Of a stretch of DNA of 64,000 bases, positions 37,534-48,033 are shown in pieces (positions within the stretch are counted from its first letter, which is position 1; every line of letters begins with the position of its first letter). A model generated the notes under the pieces. That model did not search any database. It had not been told where the DNA came from and saw only the letters and a list, made by a program, of their open reading frames with translations. Source of the stretch: Syntrophales bacterium (GTDB lineage Bacteria; Desulfobacterota; Syntrophia; Syntrophales; UBA2185); contig JBKQQP010000029.1 in NCBI GenBank assembly GCA_052144335.1, forward strand, positions 159,950 to 223,949. Reading direction: 5' to 3'. The position numbers were made by a program, and so were the translations under genes.

Positions 37534-38535
37534 ATGTCCCAAATATTATCACAGGAAGAGGTAGATGCCCTTCTCAAGGGAATATCGGATGGTGATGTAG
37601 AGACGGAGTCACAGAAAGAAACCGACCCCTCTGTCGCCATTCGCTATGACCTGACCAGCCAGGATCGCATAATCCGCGGGAGAATGCCGACCCTCGAGAT
37701 GACAAATGAAAAGTTCGCCCGCTTCTTCAGGGCCTCTCTTTCATCATTGCTGAGAAAAATTGTCAGTGTCAGCGCCCTTTCTATTGATACCATAAAGTAT
37801 GGAGACTTTCTTAAAACATTGCCCGTTCCCACGAGTCTGCATCTTTTCCGAATAGATCCATTGAGAGGAAATGCGATCATCGTTATTGAGTCAAAAGTTA
37901 TTTTCAGCTTGGTAGACATAGTCTTCGGAGGTTCGGGAAGAGAGGTGTTCAAAGTCGAGGGTCGAGAATTCACGGCCATTGAGAATAACCTGATCAAGAA
38001 GGTTGTCCTGAGCGCCCTGCTTGACCTGGAAAAGGCATGGAAGACGCTATTAGATGCAAGAATGACCTACCAGAGGTCTGAGGTCAATCCTCAGTTTGCT
38101 CATATTGTTCCTTTATCTGATGTTGTTATAGTCGTTAATTTTGAGATCGAGATGGATTATACCTCAGGTGTCATGTCTTTGTGTATACCTTACTCCACGC
38201 TGGAACCGATCAGAGATAAGTTACAAGCAGGGTTTCAAAGCGATCAACTTGAGGTTGATAAAGATTGGGAAAAACGTCTGAAGGAAGAGCTGATGTCTTC
38301 CAGCCTCGAGATGGTGGCCCAGTTGGGTCGGACCCATCTTTTGACCAGGGATGTCCGCGATCTTAAAATAGGAGACGTGATCCTTCTCGATCGATATGCA
38401 TCAGACAGCATAGATGTTTACGTGGATGGCATTCCTAAGTTTAAGGCTTACCCAGGCGTACACAGGGGAAATCAGGCATTACAGATTCAACACTTAAATA
38501 GCAGAAAAGAGGTTACTCAGTATGGAGCAGAATGA
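37534..38535 (+). CDS. fliM: Flagellar motor switch protein FliM
   Basis: N-terminus LSQEEVDALL (CheY-P binding motif), followed by a FliM middle domain and a C-terminal SpoA-like domain. Confidence 0.95.
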   Translation: MSQILSQEEVDALLKGISDGDVETESQKETDPSVAIRYDLTSQDRIIRGRMPTLEMTNEKFARFFRASLSSLLRKIVSVSALSIDTIKYGDFLKTLPVPTSLHLFRIDPLRGNAIIVIESKVIFSLVDIVFGGSGREVFKVEGREFTAIENNLIKKVVLSALLDLEKAWKTLLDARMTYQRSEVNPQFAHIVPLSDVVIVVNFEIEMDYTSGVMSLCIPYSTLEPIRDKLQAGFQSDQLEVDKDWEKRLKEELMSSSLEMVAQLGRTHLLTRDVRDLKIGDVILLDRYASDSIDVYVDGIPKFKAYPGVHRGNQALQIQHLNSRKEVTQYGAE

Positions 38536-38962
38536 AATAGATAATCTGACGAAAGGGCTGAATTCTGACAATAAAGGGGATGAGAACATTACTTGGGATG
38601 ACGTCAAAGAGGATATGGACGCATCGAAAAAGCAGACGAAAACTGCGGTAAGTGCGGCAAATTTTGAGGAGCTTCATAATACGGAACGAAAAAATAGTGG
38701 AGCCATAGATATTGACTTTATTCTGGACATTCCTCTTACCGTAACCGTTGAACTGGGCAGGGCAAGAATGTTGATCGGGGAACTTCTGCAGCTTGGGCAG
38801 GGATCTATCGTGGAGCTGGCAAAATTCGCCGGTGAGCCGATGGATGTCTTTATTAATCAAAGACTGATAGCCAAGGGTGAAGTGGTCGTGGTCAATGAAA
38901 AGTTTGGCATCCGCTTAACTGATATTGTCTCCCCTGCTGAAAGAGTCGGCAAGCTCAAATAG
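38522..38962 (+). CDS. fliN: Flagellar motor switch protein FliN
   Basis: C-terminal SpoA domain: LDIPLTVTVELGRARMLIGELLQLGQGSIVELAKFAGEPMDVFINQRLIAKGEVVVVNEKFGIRL. Confidence 0.95.
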   Translation: MEQNEIDNLTKGLNSDNKGDENITWDDVKEDMDASKKQTKTAVSAANFEELHNTERKNSGAIDIDFILDIPLTVTVELGRARMLIGELLQLGQGSIVELAKFAGEPMDVFINQRLIAKGEVVVVNEKFGIRLTDIVSPAERVGKLK

Positions 38963-38972
38963 GAGAACTCAA

Positions 38973-39377
38973 ATGGGTGCAGTAGATTTCTTTTCGTCAC
39001 TGGTGAAAATGATCTCGGCTCTTGCCGTAGTTTTAGGGATAATGATAGGCGTTATGTTTTTCCTCAGAAAGTTTATAAAAGGCACAGGAACGAACCTCGA
39101 TGACGGGAACTACATCAAAATCATATCAACCAGATATATAGGACCGAAATGCAGCATAATGCTCATGGACATCCTGAATAGCATCGTAGTCGTTGGCATC
39201 GCAAATAATCAGATTACCATGCTCACGACAATTTCAGATCCCAAATCTTTGGAGCAACTGAAGGATTCTGAAAGAGAAAAAAAGAGTCCCATCTCCCTTC
39301 TCAATAATCTGAGTTCGTACAGAAGCAGGTTGCTCGCCCAAGGCCACAAGAGAAAAGGTTCAAGAGATAATGAATAG
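38973..39377 (+). CDS. fliO: Flagellar biosynthesis protein FliO
   Basis: The ATG at 38973 has an AGGAGA RBS. Single TM helix. Lies between fliN and fliP. Confidence 0.75.
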   Translation: MGAVDFFSSLVKMISALAVVLGIMIGVMFFLRKFIKGTGTNLDDGNYIKIISTRYIGPKCSIMLMDILNSIVVVGIANNQITMLTTISDPKSLEQLKDSEREKKSPISLLNNLSSYRSRLLAQGHKRKGSRDNE

Positions 39378-40155
39378 GCGGGGCCATAAAAATCGAATGA
39401 GGTACGTGGCTTCCTTTCTGGTACTTGCCGGGCTCATGTTTTTAATTGTCCCCTCCGCGTTGTCTGAACCACTCCCTATTCCAACTATTAATTTGAATAT
39501 CGGCGGTTCCGGGGAATCAGGCCAGGTTTCGACGGTTCTTAAGCTCCTTTTGTTGCTTACCATATTGGCACTCGCTCCTTCTATTCTTATTATGTTGACT
39601 TCGTTTACGAGAATCGTCGTTGTGCTCTCTCTTCTAAGGCATGCCTTAGGTACGCAACAGCTGCCCCCCAATCAGGTCATCGTCGGGCTGTCACTTTTTC
39701 TCACCTTCTTTATTATGGCACCCGTCTGGGAAAAGGTGAATACCCAGGCCCTCCAGCCGTATTTCAATAATCAAATATCGGGCGAAAGGGCCTTTGATCT
39801 CAGCAGTCAACCGATCAGGGATTTCATGATGAAACAGACGCGGGAAAAGGATCTCGCCCTCTTCGTAAAGATGTCCAAAGCGAAAAGACCCGAATCACCT
39901 GCAGATATATCGCTGTCCGTATTGATTCCCTCTTTTGTGATCAGTGAGTTAAGAACGGCCTTTCAGATCGGATTCTTGATATATATGCCGTTTCTAGTAC
40001 TGGATATGGTTGTTGCCAGTGTACTTCTTTCCATGGGAATGCTTATGCTTCCACCTATCATGGTAAGCCTGCCCTTCAAGTTGCTACTCTTTGTCCTTGT
40101 CGATGGCTGGTATCTGATCGTGGGCTCTCTGGTTCAAAGTTTCGGGCCGTCTTAA
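39370..40155 (+). CDS. fliP: Flagellar export apparatus protein FliP
   Basis: Contains SILIMLTSFTRIVVVLSLLRHALGTQQLPPNQV and FLIYMPFLVLDMVVASVLLSMGM. Confidence 0.95.
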   Translation: MNRRGHKNRMRYVASFLVLAGLMFLIVPSALSEPLPIPTINLNIGGSGESGQVSTVLKLLLLLTILALAPSILIMLTSFTRIVVVLSLLRHALGTQQLPPNQVIVGLSLFLTFFIMAPVWEKVNTQALQPYFNNQISGERAFDLSSQPIRDFMMKQTREKDLALFVKMSKAKRPESPADISLSVLIPSFVISELRTAFQIGFLIYMPFLVLDMVVASVLLSMGMLMLPPIMVSLPFKLLLFVLVDGWYLIVGSLVQSFGPS

Positions 40156-40178
40156 TTCAACTTCGGAGGATACTAGTA

Positions 40179-40448
40179 ATGTCCAGTGATTTCGTAATAG
40201 GCATGGCAGTGGAAACCATAAAAGTGACCCTGTTGATATCGGCTCCGATGCTGCTTATGGGTCTTATTATCGGACTCGCCATCAGTATATTCCAAGCCGT
40301 TACACAGATTCAAGAGATGACATTGGTTTTTGTTCCCAAGATCGTGGCCGTCTTGATTGCTCTTATCATATCGTTACCTTGGATGTTGAATATAATGATC
40401 ACATATACCCAAAACATATTGTCAAATTTTCCGATGTACATAAGGTAA
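40179..40448 (+). CDS. fliQ: Flagellar export apparatus protein FliQ
   Basis: 89 aa with two TM helices. Contains AISIFQAVTQIQEMTLVFVPK. Confidence 0.95.
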   Translation: MSSDFVIGMAVETIKVTLLISAPMLLMGLIIGLAISIFQAVTQIQEMTLVFVPKIVAVLIALIISLPWMLNIMITYTQNILSNFPMYIR

Positions 40449-40516
40449 TCTGAAGCGAAGATATTTTTGACACTAGTATCAAGCATGAAAGCCTCAGATT
40501 AGTTCATCTTTCGCAT

Positions 40517-41290
40517 ATGCCAAACATGTCAGCACAACAGATGGAGATTTTAGCTCTGATTTTTCTTCGAGTCAGCGCAATGATCGTGACAATGCCAATA
40601 GTGGGAGACAGTACGGTTCCCTTCAGGGTCAAAGGAGGGATATCGCTATTGATTACACTTCTCCTTTTTCCCGTCGTTCCCACGGCGGCATGGAATCTGA
40701 GTTCTGATGTTGTTTCTCTGGTATTACGCATGGCCGGTGAGATTATGATCGGTGTCATGGTCGGGTTCACTTCCCGGTTGATTTTTGATGGGATACAGCT
40801 GGCCGGACAGCTTATAGGTTTTCAAATGGGCTTCTCCATTGTGAACGTGATCGATCCCATCAATAATGAGCAGGTGTCCATTATATCTCAGTTTCAGTAT
40901 CTTGTTGCTGTCTTGATATTCCTGGTCATGAACGGTCATCACATTTTCTTGTATGCCATAGGAGAAAGTTTCAGAATAGTTCCCCCTCTCGGGTTTCATT
41001 TTTCGGGCGAGTTGATGCAGTTGATTCTTGGCTTCGTGAATAATATGTTGGAAGTTGCAATCAAGACAGGAGCGCCGATAATTGCTGTTTTGTTATTTAT
41101 GAGTGTTGGTCTGGGATTGGTGGCAAGGACGGTGCCGCAGATGAACATATTTATAGTCGGATTTCCCTTGCAGATAGCCATAGGTCTTATCGGTATCGGA
41201 TTAACGCTGCCGGTCTTTATGCGAGTTGTGGAGAGTTATTTCTCAAATCTTGAGGGAGAGATTATATCGCTTCTCCGTCTCATGCAATAA
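40517..41290 (+). CDS. fliR: Flagellar export apparatus protein FliR
   Basis: 257-aa polytopic membrane protein. Lies between fliQ and flhB. Confidence 0.9.
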   Translation: MPNMSAQQMEILALIFLRVSAMIVTMPIVGDSTVPFRVKGGISLLITLLLFPVVPTAAWNLSSDVVSLVLRMAGEIMIGVMVGFTSRLIFDGIQLAGQLIGFQMGFSIVNVIDPINNEQVSIISQFQYLVAVLIFLVMNGHHIFLYAIGESFRIVPPLGFHFSGELMQLILGFVNNMLEVAIKTGAPIIAVLLFMSVGLGLVARTVPQMNIFIVGFPLQIAIGLIGIGLTLPVFMRVVESYFSNLEGEIISLLRLMQ

Positions 41291-41333
41291 ATGAAGACAG
41301 TTTTTTGACTGGAGTGTCATCAAATATTCAAAA

Positions 41334-41364
41334 GGCGCATACATGGCGCATACATGGCGCATAC
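41334..41364. repeat. Tandem 11-bp repeat GGCGCATACAT x2.8 in the fliR-flhB spacer
   Basis: Read directly: GGCGCATACATGGCGCATACATGGCGCATAC. Confidence 0.9.
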
Positions 41365-41427
41365 TTAATTAAACAGCCATAATAATTTTTCTGATCCACA
41401 GTCCAGAGGCATCGAAGAGACCAAGTC

Positions 41428-42504
41428 ATGGCGGACAACGATAGAGACCAGGAAAGAACAGAGCAGGCAACGCCCAAAAGGCGGGAAGAGGCAAGAAAAA
41501 AAGGGCAAGTTGCAAAGAGTCATGAAGTAGCGTCGGCTACAATACTGCTTGCTTGCCTGACATATTTTAATTTTGATTCAGAGCGCCTAGTCAAGAAGAT
41601 GATGGGTAACTTGAGCGGGTTTCTAAGATCATCCGGAACCTTGCTTATCAACACCGATAATATTCAATCACTTGCCCTGAAGTGGACGTATGAATTCTTT
41701 ATCCTTATTGCCCCACTCCTGCTGACTGTCCTTATCGCGGGACTCTTGGCCAACTTTGTTCAGATTGGCTTCTTATTCTCGCCAGAGGCAATCGCACCGC
41801 GGTTTTCCAAGATAGATCCTTTCAAAGGATTTCAGAGACTGTTCTCACTGAAATCATTTGCCGAATTGACCAAGAACATAATGAAGCTGTGTATCGTAGG
41901 TTATGTTGCCTATGTGACGGTAAAGGGCGAATTAGACGGACTTCCCTACCTGATGGATAGGAGTATTGGGGATATAACAGTCTATATAGGGAAGATTTCG
42001 TTCAAAATTATCTTGAGAACATCTTGGGTGCTGGTCGTCCTGGCAGTCCTGGACTATGCATATCAGCGTTGGGAGCATGAAAAGGGACTCAGAATGTCGA
42101 AGCAAGAGATAAAGGATGAATTTAGACAGACGGAGGGAGACCCTCTGATAAAGGCGAGGATAAAGCGGATTCAGAGGGAAATGGCCAGAAAGAGGATGAT
42201 GGCTAGAGTACCGAAAGCCGACGTTGTGATCACAAACCCTGACCACATTGCAGTGGCGTTGGAGTATGATCAAATGAAGATGTCTGCCCCGGTTGTTGTT
42301 GCCAAAGGAGCGGGTTTTCTTGCTGAAAAGATAAGGGAGCTGGCGCGGCAAAATAATGTGCCTGTAATCGAGAACAAGCCTTTGGCACAGGTATTGTATA
42401 AAATAGTGAAGGTGGAAGAGGTAATACCGGAAAATTTGTACAAGGCCGTGGCTGAGGTATTAGCTTATGTTTATGGCTTGAAGGAAAAAAGGGTAGCGGT
42501 GTAA
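41428..42504 (+). CDS. flhB: Flagellar export switch protein FlhB
   Basis: N-terminus ERTEQATPKRREEARKKGQVAKS, four TM helices, and an autocleavage-site variant NPDH (VVITNPDHIAVALEYD). Confidence 0.95.
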   Translation: MADNDRDQERTEQATPKRREEARKKGQVAKSHEVASATILLACLTYFNFDSERLVKKMMGNLSGFLRSSGTLLINTDNIQSLALKWTYEFFILIAPLLLTVLIAGLLANFVQIGFLFSPEAIAPRFSKIDPFKGFQRLFSLKSFAELTKNIMKLCIVGYVAYVTVKGELDGLPYLMDRSIGDITVYIGKISFKIILRTSWVLVVLAVLDYAYQRWEHEKGLRMSKQEIKDEFRQTEGDPLIKARIKRIQREMARKRMMARVPKADVVITNPDHIAVALEYDQMKMSAPVVVAKGAGFLAEKIRELARQNNVPVIENKPLAQVLYKIVKVEEVIPENLYKAVAEVLAYVYGLKEKRVAV

Positions 42505-42510
42505 ACCAAG

Positions 42511-44580
42511 ATGACGACTAACGCAAGGACTGATTCTCTCCAAAGGTGGGAAAGCAGCGGAACGGCCCTTCTGGGTATCGGTGTTATCGGTGTGCTTGTA
42601 ATCATGATCGTACCGTTGCCGAAATTCCTTCTCGACTTACTTCTTTCATTCAACATTACCGTCTCCATTGTTATTCTACTTATGTCAATGTATGTTCTGA
42701 GACCTTTAGATTTATCTTCTTTCCCGTCTATTTTGCTCACTGTAACCCTTCTTAGGTTATCTCTGAATGTGGCTTCAACTCGTTTAATTTTGCTTCATGG
42801 CAATGAAGGAACCGCCGCCGCCGGCCAGGTCATCAAGGCCTTTGGTACGTTTGTGGTCGGTGGAAATTATCTCGTCGGTCTCATAGTTTTCTTCGTTCTT
42901 ACCCTCATCAATTTTGTTGTCATTACCAAAGGTGCCACGAGGATAGCAGAAGTTGCAGCACGGTTCACATTGGATGCCATGCCGGGCAAGCAGATGAGCA
43001 TCGATGCGGATCTTAACGCGGGCCTTATCACAGAGGCGGACGCGCGAAGGAGAAGAGCCGATACTGAAAAAGAGGCGGATTTCTACGGGGCAATGGATGG
43101 AGCAAGCAAGTTTGTCAGGGGTGATGCAATCGCGGGAATCGTCATCATCTTGATCAATATTGTAGGCGGATTGATTATTGGGGTATTACAGAAAGGCATG
43201 GACGTTGCGGACGCTGCCCAAACATATACTCTCCTTACCATTGGTGACGGCTTGGTAACTCAGGTACCTGCTCTCATTGTATCAACTGCCGCAGGTATGC
43301 TGGTCACGAGATCTACAGCTTCCTCCAATCTCGGTGCTGACCTCACTGGCCAGCTTCTTGTCCAACCGAAAGCTATAGCAACGGCTTCTGTTATGCTTTT
43401 TATCTTTGGCCTAATTCCCGGTATGCCGAAAGTTTCTTTCATGATCATTTCCCTGCTCAGTGGTTTCTTAGCGTTCAATCTCTTTAGGCTCGCAAAAAAA
43501 ACGGAAGCGATCAAGGAAGAAACACCAGTTGTCCCAACTAAAGAGTCTGTAGAAAGGCTCTTGGCATTGGATCTGATGGAACTTGAGGTTGGTTATGGTT
43601 TGATTCCCCTGGTCGATGCGGCGCAGGGCGGGGAACTGCTGCAGCGAATCAAGTCCTTGAGAAAGCAATTGGCTCTGGACATGGGTTTCATTATACCGGC
43701 CATACATATCAGGGACAATCTTCAGCTTAAACCCAATGAGTATTCTTTTCTCTTGAAAGGAGTTGAAATAGCAAGGGGTGAATTAATGCCCGGATGCTTT
43801 CTTACAATAGCACCCGAGGAGAGAGGAGCAATCATAAGGGGTGTGGAAACGAAGGAACCGGCATTCGGACTTCCTGCGTTCTGGGTAAGTGAAAAGGAAA
43901 AGGAGAATATCCAGTCGAGGGGTCTTATAGTTGTTGACTGTGCCACTGTAGTGACTACTCATTTGACAGAAATAATCAAATCAAATGCCGACGAGTTACT
44001 TGGCAGAGAAGAAGTCCGAACACTTTTGGATAATTTGGCACTCAGTCATCCCAAGGTCGTTGAGGAACTCGTTCCCAATGTAATTCCTCTGGGAACAGTT
44101 CAGAAGGTCTTGCAGAGACTCCTCAGGGAAAGGATTTCCATTCGCGACCTCCTTACGATATTGGACACTCTCGCAGACTACATGGCGATCACAAAAAATG
44201 TGGATTTGTTGACCAGTTATGTGAGGCAGGCATTAGCGAGGACTATCTCAAAACAGTACAAAGACGATAAGGGGAATATTTCTGTCGTGATTGTGTCACC
44301 GGAGATTGAAAATCAGATCAACAATGCTATCCAGCATACCGAACATGAATCATACCTTGTTGCAGATCCCAATTTGATACAGAGAATTGTGAATAATCTG
44401 CAGAGGTTTATCGGTACATTTACGACAAGGGGACTCCAGCCGATAGTGCTCTGTTCGCCAAAAACAAGAATTCATTTAAGGAAGGTGTTGGAAAGGTTTT
44501 TCCCAAATATTGTTATCCTTTCCCACAATGAGATCACGCACGACGTGAATATAAATTCGCTGGGCATGGTGGAGTTGTAA
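42511..44580 (+). CDS. flhA: Flagellar export gate protein FlhA
   Basis: 689 aa. Contains the FHIPEP motif region RFTLDAMPGKQMSIDADLNAGLI and a large cytoplasmic C-domain. Confidence 0.95.
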   Translation: MTTNARTDSLQRWESSGTALLGIGVIGVLVIMIVPLPKFLLDLLLSFNITVSIVILLMSMYVLRPLDLSSFPSILLTVTLLRLSLNVASTRLILLHGNEGTAAAGQVIKAFGTFVVGGNYLVGLIVFFVLTLINFVVITKGATRIAEVAARFTLDAMPGKQMSIDADLNAGLITEADARRRRADTEKEADFYGAMDGASKFVRGDAIAGIVIILINIVGGLIIGVLQKGMDVADAAQTYTLLTIGDGLVTQVPALIVSTAAGMLVTRSTASSNLGADLTGQLLVQPKAIATASVMLFIFGLIPGMPKVSFMIISLLSGFLAFNLFRLAKKTEAIKEETPVVPTKESVERLLALDLMELEVGYGLIPLVDAAQGGELLQRIKSLRKQLALDMGFIIPAIHIRDNLQLKPNEYSFLLKGVEIARGELMPGCFLTIAPEERGAIIRGVETKEPAFGLPAFWVSEKEKENIQSRGLIVVDCATVVTTHLTEIIKSNADELLGREEVRTLLDNLALSHPKVVEELVPNVIPLGTVQKVLQRLLRERISIRDLLTILDTLADYMAITKNVDLLTSYVRQALARTISKQYKDDKGNISVVIVSPEIENQINNAIQHTEHESYLVADPNLIQRIVNNLQRFIGTFTTRGLQPIVLCSPKTRIHLRKVLERFFPNIVILSHNEITHDVNINSLGMVEL

Positions 44581-44581
44581 A

Positions 44582-45730
44582 ATGCAGATCAAAAGATATG
44601 AAGTGAGCAGTATTCAGGAAGCAATGAATAAGATTAAGATGGATTTGGGTGAAGAAGCCGTTATCCTGTCGACAAAAAGGTTAAGAGGCGGGAAAGTACC
44701 GCTCTTTGAGGTGACTGCTGCCAGGGACGAAAACAAGAAAAAGGTCGATTCCCATAAGCAACGTGAGACGCATGAGGGCGGAAACCAGCGCATGAGTGCC
44801 TCAACCGAGATGGATATGATCAGAAACGATCTTATTGAAATGAAATCTCTCATCAGGGACATAAGAAGAGAAGATCCCATTCGTAGAGAACTGGGCCAAT
44901 TAAGAGAGTATCTGAACAACCTGATGAATGTCCTGGGCCATTGGGAGAAGAATTTATTTCCCGGGCCTCCGTCGAAGATCTATTATCATTTGGTGGCAAA
45001 TGGTGTGTCCCGGGAAAGGGCCTACAGGCTGGTCAATACAATAGACAAAATAGATAATTTCGAAAATACATGCAAAGCATTGGAAGATAAGATCACAAGT
45101 TCTATTCCTGTTGCAGATGGAAGGAAGAGAAAGGGTGTTATAGCCTTTGTTGGTCCCACAGGCGTCGGAAAGACGACAACCGTGGCTAAACTGGCGGCAC
45201 GGTATTCAATGAGTGAGAGGTTAAGAGTCGGCCTTATATCAGCAGATACATATAGGATAGCTGCAGCCGATCAATTAAAGACCTATGCAAAGATTATGGG
45301 GCTTCCTATAAAGGTGGTTTCTGAGAAAGAGGATTTCAAAGAGGCCCTGAGCAGATTTTCCGACAGAGACGTCGTCATGGTTGATACGCCGGGAAAGAGT
45401 CGCAAGGATCAAGGCTATATAGAAAAACTGCGCGATTTGCTCAGTGTCGGTGTCCCCGTGGAAACTAACCTTCTTTTGAGTTTGACGGCAAGCAGGGAAA
45501 ACATGCTGGAGGCTGCTTCCAGATTCTGCACGGTTAATTATGATAACATAATATTTACAAAAGTAGATGAAGCAACGGGCATAGGTTCCATGTATGATGT
45601 GATAGATCAAATTGGCAAACCAGTTTCTTATCTGGCCGTTGGGCAGAACGTACCTAATGATATAGAAGATGCTAATCCGGGCAGAATTGCAAGACTCATA
45701 ATGCATCAGTCATATGATATGGAGGGTTAA
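44582..45730 (+). CDS. flhF: Flagellar biosynthesis SRP-type GTPase FlhF
   Basis: G1 VGPTGVGKTTT and DTPGK motifs. Position is after flhA. Confidence 0.9.
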   Translation: MQIKRYEVSSIQEAMNKIKMDLGEEAVILSTKRLRGGKVPLFEVTAARDENKKKVDSHKQRETHEGGNQRMSASTEMDMIRNDLIEMKSLIRDIRREDPIRRELGQLREYLNNLMNVLGHWEKNLFPGPPSKIYYHLVANGVSRERAYRLVNTIDKIDNFENTCKALEDKITSSIPVADGRKRKGVIAFVGPTGVGKTTTVAKLAARYSMSERLRVGLISADTYRIAAADQLKTYAKIMGLPIKVVSEKEDFKEALSRFSDRDVVMVDTPGKSRKDQGYIEKLRDLLSVGVPVETNLLLSLTASRENMLEAASRFCTVNYDNIIFTKVDEATGIGSMYDVIDQIGKPVSYLAVGQNVPNDIEDANPGRIARLIMHQSYDMEG

Positions 45731-45731
45731 G

Positions 45732-46649
45732 GTGGATCAGGCTGCGGTTCTCAGAATGATGAAGGAAACAGACAAAGGGGTTCATAAGATGGCGCCAATA
45801 ATCAAGCATAAAAAGGATGTTGCCGGTGACGGGGAAAAAGAGAATATAAGGGTTATAGCAGTTACCAGCGGAAAGGGAGGGGTAGGAAAGACGTTTATAA
45901 CAGCTAATCTCGCCTATATTCTCTCGAGAATGAAGAAGAAAACCTTAATTATTGATGCAGATATGGGGCTGGCGAATATCGATGTCATCCTCGGAATTTC
46001 CCCGAAATACAACATGCATCATGTCTTCCTAGGCGAGAAGTCAGTATCGGAAGTAATTGTACCTGGACCGGGTGGCATCAAGATCCTCCCTGCCGCTTCT
46101 GGCATCCAGGAGATGGCGGAACTTTCTAAAGGCCAGAAGCTTGCATTGGTTGACGAACTGAATGACTTAAATGAGGGTTTTGAATTTGTGTTTATCGATA
46201 CGGCCGCCGGCATAACGGGTAACGTTCTGTATTTTAATATGGCTGCGAAGGAGATAGTTATAGTTGTTTCGCCTGAACCTACTTCTCTCACGGACGCATA
46301 TGCCCTGATTAAGTTGCTCTATCATGGTCGCGCGGAAAAAAGAATCCTGCTTATTGTGAATATGGTGAAAAATTCCCACGAGGCAAGGGAAGTTTTCACT
46401 AAATTAAGTAAGGCTACGGAACACTTCCTCGATCTTTCAATTGAATATCTTGGTTACATAATCTATGATGATAAAGTGACAGAGGCAGTCAGGCAACAGA
46501 GGATGTTCACGGAAATCTACCCTTATGCGCAAGCGACCAAATGTCTGTCATCAATAGCTAAGAAGATGTGCCGTGAAAGACCAGAGAAGTACAATTTCGG
46601 AAGCATGAAATTTTTTTCGCGAGCCATCGTTGGTGGAGATCATGGATAA
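45732..46649 (+). CDS. flhG: MinD/ParA-family ATPase FlhG (FleN/YlxH)
   Basis: Deviant Walker A SGKGGVGKT. The GTG at 45732 follows the flhF stop and has a GGAGGG RBS. Alternative starts are 45714 and 45756. Confidence 0.85.
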   Translation: MDQAAVLRMMKETDKGVHKMAPIIKHKKDVAGDGEKENIRVIAVTSGKGGVGKTFITANLAYILSRMKKKTLIIDADMGLANIDVILGISPKYNMHHVFLGEKSVSEVIVPGPGGIKILPAASGIQEMAELSKGQKLALVDELNDLNEGFEFVFIDTAAGITGNVLYFNMAAKEIVIVVSPEPTSLTDAYALIKLLYHGRAEKRILLIVNMVKNSHEAREVFTKLSKATEHFLDLSIEYLGYIIYDDKVTEAVRQQRMFTEIYPYAQATKCLSSIAKKMCRERPEKYNFGSMKFFSRAIVGGDHG

Positions 46650-47394
46650 GATAAAGTGTGATGAGCTTGTCACGGACAGGAAAAAACGTGATGAATTCAT
46701 TATGAAATATGCTCCGCTTGTGAAAAATATAGTTGAGAGAATTTCTGCAAGGTTGCCATCACATTTGAATGTCAAGGAAGACCTGATAAATGTGGGTATC
46801 ATAGGTTTAATTTCGTCCATCGAAAGGTTCGATAAGAAAAGAAACGTAAAGTTTGAAACATATGCCAGCTTCAGAATCCGGGGTGCTGTGCTCGATGAAC
46901 TGAGGGCGAGGGACTGGATGCCCCGCTCGACAAGGAATAAGCATTCAAAATTAGAAGAGTCCTTTTCCTCTCTTCAAAAGATGCTGGGGAGGCCGCCGGA
47001 TGAAGAAGAGATGTGCCGACATCTCAATATTTCTCTTGAGAAATACCATAAGGTTCTTGATGAGGCAAAGGGAATAACTCTTCTCAGCAGCGAGGATCTT
47101 CCTCCCGATTATCGTGAGACTTATACGAACTATGATTTTCTCGAGGACATAGAACAGAAAACCCCTTTTTCATTTCTCGCAACTAATGAATTGAAGAGCA
47201 AATTGAAAGGGGCCATAGATGCTCTACCTGAGAAAGAGAGATTGATCTTATCTCTTTATTATTATGAAGAACTGACTATGAAAGAAATAGGCAGGGTGGT
47301 CAATCTGACAGAGTCAAGGGTCTGCCAGCTTCATACGCAGGCTGTATTGAGATTAAGAGGCACCCTCAAAGAACTCCGAGGGGTATATCGCTGA
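46642..47394 (+). CDS. fliA: Flagellar sigma factor FliA (sigma28)
   Basis: Region 2 (DLINVGIIGLISSIERFD...FETYASFRIRGAVLDELR) and region 4 (LTMKEIGRVVNLTESRVCQLH). The ATG at 46642 overlaps the flhG stop. Confidence 0.9.
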   Translation: MDKIKCDELVTDRKKRDEFIMKYAPLVKNIVERISARLPSHLNVKEDLINVGIIGLISSIERFDKKRNVKFETYASFRIRGAVLDELRARDWMPRSTRNKHSKLEESFSSLQKMLGRPPDEEEMCRHLNISLEKYHKVLDEAKGITLLSSEDLPPDYRETYTNYDFLEDIEQKTPFSFLATNELKSKLKGAIDALPEKERLILSLYYYEELTMKEIGRVVNLTESRVCQLHTQAVLRLRGTLKELRGVYR

Positions 47395-47426
47395 AGTCTG
47401 TTTTGACATTATAAAGGTACCGTAAT

Positions 47427-47966
47427 ATGGTGCGAAAAGTAGATATTGATCTCTTGGAAAAACTGGATATTCCGGGTGCGGAAGGCCCTCTTGAGGGGGG
47501 GGAGACGGCAGGAAGAAAGAAAGGCTGGAAATGGCTGAAAGGGAAAAAGATTATCGTCACAGCCATCCTTTTTACATTTCTTTGTGTCATGGGTATTTCT
47601 CTCATGATATTTCCTGCAAGGGATAATTCACATATCGATTCGGAGAGAGAGATTGTAAAAGCGAGCCCGATAGCGGAGAATATAGAGACGCTGGATAATT
47701 TCATGATTGACCTGCAGGACGAACAGGGACACTACAGGGTGCTCGTCTGTGATATTACGCTTGTGATGGATCCGGACAAGAGTATTTCGGGAAAAAAATT
47801 GGACGCGAGAAAGAAGACATACGATGCATTAAGGAATAAAGGCAAGTTTGCACTGGTATCCTCAAAATCATACAGCATCATAAGAAAAGAACTGCGGGAT
47901 GAATTAGACCGTCTCCTGGGTGGAGGAATAAAAGAAGTATATTTTACAAAATTTGTGTTACTATAA
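47427..47966 (+). CDS. FliL-family paralogue (single-pass membrane protein)
   Basis: One TM helix. LDNFMIDLQDEQGHYRVLVCDITL and the C-terminal IKEVYFTKFVLL mirror FliL's PFIVNILD...YLKIIIELD and KVYFTEFVVQ. Confidence 0.65.
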   Translation: MVRKVDIDLLEKLDIPGAEGPLEGGETAGRKKGWKWLKGKKIIVTAILFTFLCVMGISLMIFPARDNSHIDSEREIVKASPIAENIETLDNFMIDLQDEQGHYRVLVCDITLVMDPDKSISGKKLDARKKTYDALRNKGKFALVSSKSYSIIRKELRDELDRLLGGGIKEVYFTKFVLL

Positions 47967-48033
47967 GGCATCGGCTTTATGAAGTCATTGAATGAATAAA
48001 TGTTGGTTTTCCCAACTGAACGGAAGGAATGCC

